Source: Macrostomum lignano (taxonomy: Eukaryota). From it: a DNA stretch of 32,455 bases. Within the stretch, counting starts at the first letter, position 1, and the number at the start of each line of letters is the position of its first letter. The position numbers were made by a program, and so were the translations under genes. Under the pieces are notes generated by a model, which was not told the DNA's origin, did no database searches, and saw nothing but the letters and a program-made list of their open reading frames with translations. Positions 24,831 through 32,455 of the stretch are shown one piece after another. The DNA is taken from assembly GCA_002269645.1 (NCBI GenBank), contig NIVC01004882.1, positions 1-32,455 of the forward strand, read 5' to 3'.

Positions 24831-25481
24831 CAGGAGAAAGGAGAAGCAACCTCATCTCTGTTAATAAGCTACATTGTTTATAAAGGCATCAAGTTTTTCC
24901 ACTTTCGTCCAGTTCTTTCTATTCAACATTTATGTACGTACGGGATAAGTACGAGAGTTTCGCAAGATCTAAATGGAATTTAGTAAGACTGATCTTACAC
25001 AGGGCGCAAAGTTCTAACTTACGATTTGAGTTACCATTCAACTTACTTATCGTATAGCTCGTATGACTGCGTTGAGTTTTACAATATTTGGAAGCACTAA
25101 CTATGCACATTTTGTATTTAATAATCGAAAAATCAGCTGATCCGATTCTTTATCTTGCAAAAATTGTCTACGTGTAGGTCGAAGTGTCGAAGTAAATTTT
25201 AAAATTTGACCCTGCGATTTCTACGAGTAGCCAGAATTTCTAGCTACATCCGAAGTAAAAAAATCGGAGCTTTTGAACGGAATTTCGCACCTTCAAACCA
25301 GATTCCAATCAGATCTCTGCCTTAAGTTACATTGATTCTGCGTTTAGAGTCTTTGTTTGCGTATTTGTATATTTTTTACAATTGCTTTTCAGCCTAGAAA
25401 AATCGCTCATTGTTCAAAACTAAAGCAAAAACCAATTGTAAGGATTTTCGAAACCATGCACTAAAAATAGCGCAGTCTCCG

Positions 25482-25712
25482 CTCCTCCCTCTTCTCTCCT
25501 CTCCTCTCCTCTCCTCTCCTCTCCTCTCCTCTCCTCTCCTCTCTCCTCTCCTCTCCTCCCCTCTCCTCTCCTCTCCTCCCCTCTCCTCCCCTCTCCTCTC
25601 CTCTCCTCTCCTCCCCTCTCCTCCCTCTCCTCCCTCCCTCCCCTCTCCTCCCCTCTCCTCCCCTCTCTTCTCCTCTCCTCTCCTGTTCTCTCCTCTTCTC
25701 TCCTCTTCTTTT
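25482..25712 (+). repeat. (CTCCT)n polypyrimidine microsatellite
   Basis: Uninterrupted C/T run from 25482 to 25684, then a further pyrimidine run after a single G. Confidence 0.95.
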
Positions 25713-26378
25713 ATCTCATCTCTCCCGTTTTATCCACTCCGGCTTTACTATAGGTTTAATTAACAGCAAAATTTGACACATCACACTTTGTGTAGTCCTG
25801 ATAATTAAGTTGCTGACTTTGTACTCGTTTGTATCGAACCTACAGGTTTTCAATCGAAAAGTCGCACCAATTTCTAGTTAAATACTACACACATTGAGAA
25901 ATACTCAAATGCAATTTTTTATCAAACAAACGATCATACCTAAAGAAGGTATGCTGACGGTCTGCTGATGCCTGTACATTACACAGGTGGATGATGACGT
26001 TATAGGTCAGCCGAATGCTATCGATGCAAATCGAAAATACTCATTTGCTAGCGACAAACATATATATTGATTGCAAGTCGGTTTTTGTATGGGAGTGCTG
26101 CGCTACGGGTGACAGTTATTAATTCATCACCTGTTGCTCGAGCGAGTTCGTTAGAGCCCAGGTCTGAAAGCTGTAAGAGCAAAGAGAATCAACGATTCCA
26201 TAGATTATCTTACATACAGGTTTTCAAAAGCATGTTAGATACTTCATTTTGCGTACATTGGTACATCCACAAGGATCTCTTCCATTAAGTTGTAGAAATA
26301 ATTTACCCATAGTTATATCTGATCTGTAATAAATTATTTTTTATTGAAAATGAAAGATTTTTCTGCTTTAGTATTGCA

Positions 26379-28179
26379 CTAGCAATCTAGTGCGGCCCCC
26401 CTTCGGGGCGCCCAATAAGAAAGGAGCAAAAATAGTTCATGGAAAACAATAAAAAAGCACATTTTCTTAAACACCATTCCTTCTTCACTTTAAAAAATCA
26501 CCTTATTCGTGTAAAATTGTCACGGACAAAGATGTTTGCGAAGTGAAAGAATCACTTTTTCTCTAAAATTAACAAACAAACAACAAAATATAGCTTCCCC
26601 TAAATAGAAAATATTCCCAAGACAGCAAGCACCCCCCTCCAAAAGTAAACAACCGCAGATAACAAGCATCCTCTAATGGTCATAGCAAGCATCACCCCAG
26701 ATAGCAAGCATTTGCAGATAGCAAGCATCCCCCAAATATTGTAGAAGTATCCACCCAGATAGGAAGCATCCTGCAGATAGCAAGCACCCCCCAAGATATT
26801 ATAGAAGCATCCTGCAGATAGCAAGCACCCCCAAGATATTATAGAAGCATCCTGCAGATAGCAAGCACCCCCAAGATATTATAGAAGCATCCTGCAGATA
26901 GCAAGCACCCCCCAGATATTATAGAAGCATCCTGCAGATAGCAAGCACCCCCAAGATATTATAGAAGCATCCTGCAGATAGCAAGCACCCCCCAGATATT
27001 ATAGAAGCATCCTGCAGATAGCAAGCACCCCCCCCCCAGATATTATAGAAGCATCCTGCAGATAGCAAGCACCCCCCAAGATATTATAGAAGCATCCTGC
27101 AGATAGCAAGCACCCCCCAAGATATTATAGAAGCATCCTGCAGATAGCAAGCACCCCCCCAGATATTATAGAAGCATCCTGCAGATAGCAAGCACCCCCC
27201 CAGATATTATAGAAGCATCCTGCAGATAGCAAGCACCCCCCAAGATATTATAGAAGCATCCTGCAGATAGCAAGCACCCCCCAAGATATTATAGAAGCAT
27301 CCTGCAGATAGCAAGCACCCCCCAGATATTATAGAAGCATCCTGCAGATAGCAAGCACCCCCCCCCCAGATATTATAGAAGCATCCTGCAGATAGCAAGC
27401 ACCCCCCAAGATATTATAGAAGCATCCTGCAGATAGCAAGCACCCCCCAAGATATTATAGAAGCATCCTGCAGATAGCAAGCACCCCCCCAGATATTATA
27501 GAAGCATCCTGCAGATAGCAAGCACCCCCCCAGATATTATAGAAGCATCCTGCAGATAGCAAGCACCCCCCAAGATATTATAGAAGCATCCTGCAGATAG
27601 CAAGCACCCCCCCCAGATATTATAGAAGCATCCTGCAGATAGCAAGCACCCCCCCAGATATTATAGAAGCATCCTGCAGATAGCAAGCACCCCCCAAGAT
27701 ATTATAGAAGCATCCTGCAGATAGCAAGCACCCCCCAAGATATTATAGAAGCATCCGCCCAAATAGCAAGCATCCTGCAGATAGCAAGAATCCCTAAATA
27801 GCAAGCATCCCTGGATAGAAAGAATCCCATACATGTAGCCAGTACCCCCCCTCCCAAATAGCAAGTATCCCCGCTCGAGAGCAAGCATCCTCCACATAGC
27901 AAGCATCCGCGAGACAGCAAGTAGCTAATGCAAATGTTACCTCCGCTAATGCAATAATCGCTTTCTCAGGTTGTGCAGCCATCCACGGCTCAGCGAGCGC
28001 AATAATCTCTTTTTTAGACAGCGCAAAAATCAGCTTCTCAGCTAGTGCAATAATCCTTTACTCATCAAGTCCAAAAATCGATGTCTCAGCTAGTTCAATA
28101 GCCCTTTCTAATCTAATCCTTGGCTTATCAAGCGTCAAATAGCTAAATTAGAATAAATTTGGGGGAAAAAGCTCTCAGA
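26379..28179 (-). mobile_element. Candidate non-autonomous Helitron carrying a satellite array
   Basis: Minus-strand 3' end is a GC hairpin with a GAA loop (GCGCCCCGAAGGGGGGCCGC) followed by CTAG|T at 26382-26378. Possible A|TC 5' end at 28180/28179. The segment is absent from the paralogous region upstream of gene B. The right boundary is tentative. Confidence 0.4.
26600..27920. repeat. 40-44-bp tandem satellite GATAGCAAGCA(C)5-10(A)AGATATTATAGAAGCATCCTGCA
   Basis: About 24 near-identical units from 26776 to ~27757 that differ only in the C run; degenerate ~20-bp monomers on both edges. Confidence 0.95.
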
Positions 28180-28658
28180 TGCATCAGTCAAAACGTAAAA
28201 ATTTTTGCCTGTTTTAATTCGTTTCTATAAACTTCTTGCTAGTACGATTATAACAGATTTTATTTTAAAAAACCACACTTTACACAATATACCTAAACTT
28301 TTATTAGTAATTTTTTCTAAATTATTTTTCTTACTTGATTCAAAAAACTTTTAATTTTTAATAAAAAAATGCATCAGCACGAATTCAAATTATTCGCCTC
28401 AAATACACTACCCTACAATATAGCTAGACCTTATTTGTGTAGTTGCAGCAACGGTGGAAATATAAATCAATCTTCTGCTTGTTACAGTTGCTTCTGGAAC
28501 TACCTCGAGTTTGCTATATTTTTGCAAGTAATAACTTTTATTTATTGTTAAAATATTAATTTCCTTTGCACGCGAATATCATGCCTTATGTATCTTTAGT
28601 TTGCATGTTAGAAATAGAAATGAATCTACGAGCGTAGTGCGTATGAAGTGATTGATAT

Positions 28659-28904
28659 GAGTCCCTGAGAATTGCCCGCCGAGTTTTTTCCCGCCGAGGT
28701 TTTCCTTCCCCCCCAAAAAAAAATATGCATTTGATATGCAGTTACTATAAAAACGTTTTGATCGTGTTAATCTCTTTATTAAGACTTACTATATGGGAAG
28801 GCAATGCAGACAAAACCAGCCGTGTGGCTAAATGCGCTGCAGGAAAAAAGCATTGCGGGCAAACCTCGGCGGGAAAAATCTCGGCGGGCAATTCTCGTGC
28901 TCCC
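28659..28904. mobile_element. MITE (246 bp, 9-bp TSD, possibly Mutator-type)
   Basis: 36-bp subterminal inverted repeats with one mismatch (28667-28702 and 28861-28896); direct repeat GATTGATAT at 28650-28658 and 28905-28913; absent upstream of gene B. Confidence 0.85.
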
Positions 28905-29101
28905 GATTGATATAAATGCGAGCATAAAGCATAAAGAGCTATTTAATCGCCAAACTAAAATTAAGTTCAGTAAAAACTCTATAATTAGCTAATCTTAGTG
29001 AAATAACTGTATTTGGCTTTCTATTAAGCTTGCAATAATCGAATTATAGGGTGCCAATATTTCAATGCATATTTCACTCATGTCCATCCAATGTCCAGAT
29101 T

Positions 29102-31834
29102 ATGGCCTTCTTGGCGCTATTCTTCTTGGCGCTGGTCTCCGGTTGCACGCTCGCCACCCAGCAGATGCCGCGGTTCCAGTTCTCACCGTCCAGCAAGGTG
29201 TTGCTTTCCTGGAGCGACACCTGGGAGGTCGGATCGTCCAACATGCTGTCGATTCTCACCGAGGGCAAGCACATCAACATTCAGGTGTCCGTGAGCGGCG
29301 ATCGCGGCGAAAGCGGCCTAAAAAGAGTTCTAATTTACGAGTGCCCGCAATCCCAGGCCCAAAGGATTGACATGGACACTCTCCAATCGAGCTTGTCTCC
29401 CGAACATCGATGCCCGAATACCATTCCATTCACTGTACAGGCGGGCAACTCCGAGAACCATTTTCAACTGAAGATGAAAGCCTCAGAGGTGCACTATACC
29501 CAGGTGGCTAGCAGGAGAGTGAAACTCGTTGTGCGGGTCGAATGGTCTGGCGGGGCAATCCAGTCCAATCCGCTCTTTCTGTACAACTTTGACCCACTTG
29601 GCGCATTTAGCGTTGGAAAGATGGGAGCATTGGATTTAAAATTTCTTACCCCTGCCGCGATTAAGCTGATGACCAGGTTGAACTATTCCAGCCCACTTGA
29701 CGACCAGTTTCCAGCTGTACCCTTCATTGAATCGTCAATTTCAAGCTTTGTGAAAAACTCACCGGAGTTCGTCAGGAGCAAAATAACACTAGGCTCAAGC
29801 CTGTACTTTGATGCAGGGTCCTGCTTGCACAATCAACTGGGAAAGGCCACGCTGTTTACAAGCTACTACTCCAAATTTGACTTGCGACATCAAAAGCTTC
29901 AAAAAATAATGCACCTGGATGTAGAGAGCGGCTATTTAGACTTTTCTGCTTGCGGTTTAAAACAGGAGATTACCTCATTTTATCATGAAAAGAAGCCGCA
30001 GTATACCATTGGAATCTGCACCATCATTTCGTTCTCCGGAGAATCTGAACCCTACCTAAAAATACAGGCAGCAGATCAGCGCTATTCAATTGATAAAGTC
30101 CATTACTCCGGATGTCCCAAATGGTCTACAGCCTGCAAAGTGGCACCAAATGCTAAGAAAACTTTGACCATAATGGCCGGCATGGACAACACCGCCCTCG
30201 TTTGTCCCATTCTGTGCAACGATAAAAGCCAGACGTATCAATTTTTCAGAGACGGCAACCCACTTTATGCGTCGCAAAAAGAGGAGTGGACAGTCATAGA
30301 TGGCATTCGGGTGTCGAGAACTGGTAACATCATCGAGTTTACACCTTCCGTCTCAAGTGCTCATTCCGGGATATACAAGTGTGATGCTGGATCGGAACAC
30401 TTTTTTGAGTTCAACGTCACTGTGGTCTCGATGCCGCACTTTGCTGTGACCTACTCTTCTGCAGCCAGTGGAATTCCAAGCTCTGAAAGTTCGGGTCTGT
30501 TGCCTGAGAAGGTGTTCGCGATGGAGGGCGAATCTCTGTCCTATAACTGTACAGTGATGTTCTCTGGATTGAAGTCGGTCACAGTGGAGCCAACGTTCTA
30601 CATTCCAATGGTCAGCAACGACAAGGTGAACTGGGACCGTCTGACAGATGAGGCATTTCGTCAAAAGTTTTCAAATGGAGACAGTTGGATGAGCGTGACT
30701 ACGACCTCAACTTCGACTTCAAGTAAAACTTTGACAATGGACGTGATTCGCGTTCCCCCAGCTAATCCGTCACTGGGCACCAACTTCAGTCACCGATTTG
30801 AATGCAATGCTTCTCTTAATCAGTTTGAGTCTGTTTCACAGGTGGGCATGTCAGAGTATCGTACTCAAACGGGTGCCGATATCTTTTTTCTAAAGCGCCT
30901 GACGAAGAACGATTTTCTCATAAACCCAAACAACAATTGTAGCGTTCAGAAATGCAGCGTCTCGAATGGCGCCAAGTTCGAATTTGCTCTTTCGGAAAGC
31001 ACCGCAGCCTACCTTCGGGACGTCGGGGTCGAGGTTTCTGCTTACTTCATGTTGGACGATCTTCTTCTTGAAAATGTGAAGTCCTTGTTTGTCAAAGACG
31101 CTTCTGCCATCAGATTTGACGCTAAAACTTTTACTCTGACTTACAAAGTTTTGCCAATATCTCAGGAAGGCGTTTTGAATGAGCTGCAGAAACGAAAAAA
31201 CCTTACAGCCGTTTACAATTTCCGCTATCAGCCAAAAACGGCTTTGACAAACCTTCGACACAACAAAAGTGCTTACGGCAGTCCAAGCGTCGCTCTCGGC
31301 CAAAGAGACTGCCGGGCGGACAAGTTATGCTTTTACTCCACCGACTTTGATTTATCTAATGGGCTTGAATTTCTTCGAGTTGACTTGGCCTTTCTAGATA
31401 CATCATTAACCGAGCCTGGAATCGCTTCAACTTCGGGTGTGATTGTCGGAGTGGCCATCGCTGCCTGTGTGGCTTTGATTGTTGGCCTGGTGGCAGCTTA
31501 CTTCATGACTAGAACGCCTGAAAGGGCTTACCTAGTTGAGGAGAAGGAGATTCGTCTTGGACACAATCCGAAAGCTGAGGCCAAGAACGAAACCTTTAAA
31601 GACTACGTCAGGGCCGGTGCCGCCGACAATGAGGACGCGCCTGTGCAGTCGGTGGTGGGCACGAAGCAGATGCTGAACGCTTCCATTGTGTCCGTTCCAG
31701 TAAGGACGACCTGGAGCTGTCGTGATTGCGATATGACACGTCGACAAACAGCACAGACAGAATGTGCATGCGTCGTAGATATTGTTACTCTTATTCAAGT
31801 CTTTACGTCAGGAAAGACAGTGCATAGATGTTAA
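29102..31834 (+). CDS. Gene C: type I transmembrane Ig-superfamily protein, close paralog of B with a long L1-like tail (910 aa if unspliced)
   Basis: ATG at 29102; same architecture as B. TM GVIVGVAIAACVALIVGLVAAYFM. Tail TRTPERAYLVEEKEIRLGHNPKAEAKNETFKDY. The true C-terminus may be changed by splicing near 31648-31705. Confidence 0.88.
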   Translation: MAFLALFFLALVSGCTLATQQMPRFQFSPSSKVLLSWSDTWEVGSSNMLSILTEGKHINIQVSVSGDRGESGLKRVLIYECPQSQAQRIDMDTLQSSLSPEHRCPNTIPFTVQAGNSENHFQLKMKASEVHYTQVASRRVKLVVRVEWSGGAIQSNPLFLYNFDPLGAFSVGKMGALDLKFLTPAAIKLMTRLNYSSPLDDQFPAVPFIESSISSFVKNSPEFVRSKITLGSSLYFDAGSCLHNQLGKATLFTSYYSKFDLRHQKLQKIMHLDVESGYLDFSACGLKQEITSFYHEKKPQYTIGICTIISFSGESEPYLKIQAADQRYSIDKVHYSGCPKWSTACKVAPNAKKTLTIMAGMDNTALVCPILCNDKSQTYQFFRDGNPLYASQKEEWTVIDGIRVSRTGNIIEFTPSVSSAHSGIYKCDAGSEHFFEFNVTVVSMPHFAVTYSSAASGIPSSESSGLLPEKVFAMEGESLSYNCTVMFSGLKSVTVEPTFYIPMVSNDKVNWDRLTDEAFRQKFSNGDSWMSVTTTSTSTSSKTLTMDVIRVPPANPSLGTNFSHRFECNASLNQFESVSQVGMSEYRTQTGADIFFLKRLTKNDFLINPNNNCSVQKCSVSNGAKFEFALSESTAAYLRDVGVEVSAYFMLDDLLLENVKSLFVKDASAIRFDAKTFTLTYKVLPISQEGVLNELQKRKNLTAVYNFRYQPKTALTNLRHNKSAYGSPSVALGQRDCRADKLCFYSTDFDLSNGLEFLRVDLAFLDTSLTEPGIASTSGVIVGVAIAACVALIVGLVAAYFMTRTPERAYLVEEKEIRLGHNPKAEAKNETFKDYVRAGAADNEDAPVQSVVGTKQMLNASIVSVPVRTTWSCRDCDMTRRQTAQTECACVVDIVTLIQVFTSGKTVHRC

Positions 31835-32455
31835 AAATCGCTTAGTGATTAGAGCTGGTGGTTTAATTAAAATAGCTACATGTACTCAGAAATTCCTACT
31901 TTTATTATAAAAAGTTAATCAGAAACCGAATTCAAGACATACTGGATTACACAATTTGTTACATATAGTACGTTTGCTGTTAATTGACCCATTGGCCATA
32001 AAATTCACCCAGTTTTTTTACTATTACTATATTGATATCACTAGTTCAGCCAATGATCTAAATATTATATTAAGCTTTCGCTATGCACGCAAACTGTTAA
32101 GTTGATTAACATAATTAGATGCTTAAATACAAAGCCACACTATATTATGAGATATACGCTAAGAGTTCTTACACACTATCATTCTATATCATTTACAACC
32201 TTCAAATTACTTTGCCATCAACTTTCCACGGAGAAAGTCCAAATATTTGAATCACCTGCTGACCTTCTCCCTCTATTCATGTTTTTTCTCGAAGCAATTT
32301 GTCAACCTGTCCTAAAGCAGAACTTCTTAATTCAATGCGAATCCTGTTTAATGCTTTTGCGTCGAGAATTTATGAAAATTCAGAGATTCGATAAAAATTG
32401 CTTAACTGAAAATGCAACTAAGCCAAAGTTTGAAAGCCAGGCGGACAGATGCTTC

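Noticed and set aside
25410-25763. LSSP-repeat ORF, and the short ORFs at 26600-27982
   Set aside because: Translations of microsatellite or satellite DNA.
26776-27757. CRISPR-like regular repeat array
   Set aside because: Units are contiguous with no unique spacers, there are no cas genes, and the context is eukaryotic. It is a satellite.

Overview
Eukaryotic, repeat-rich genomic DNA from an invertebrate animal; a flatworm such as Macrostomum is a guess from the repeat repertoire and is not demonstrated. The core of the window is a same-strand tandem cluster of three nearly intronless genes: A (5613-8355), B (12640-15156) and C (29102-31834). Each encodes a type I membrane protein of about 840-910 aa with a signal peptide, an unrecognised Cys-containing N-terminal region, two divergent Ig-like domains, an unrecognised membrane-proximal domain, one TM helix and, in A and C, a tail resembling the juxtamembrane part of L1CAM/neuroglian. 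B and C lie in an old duplicated block whose flanks are heavily diverged, yet their ectodomain-coding DNA is about 98% identical, which suggests gene conversion. Their TM and tail differ: B has a TM arginine, a deleted L1-like segment and a new ITIM-like SIYLEL end, a layout reminiscent of paired immune receptors. The intergenic DNA holds tandem Helitron/Helentron-like units, a CORE-type SINE, RTE fragments, an LTR-like segment, a decayed Ty3/Gypsy pol with a nested RNase H LINE, a MITE, a 41-bp satellite and a (CTCCT)n tract. All comparisons were made by eye; no database search was run.
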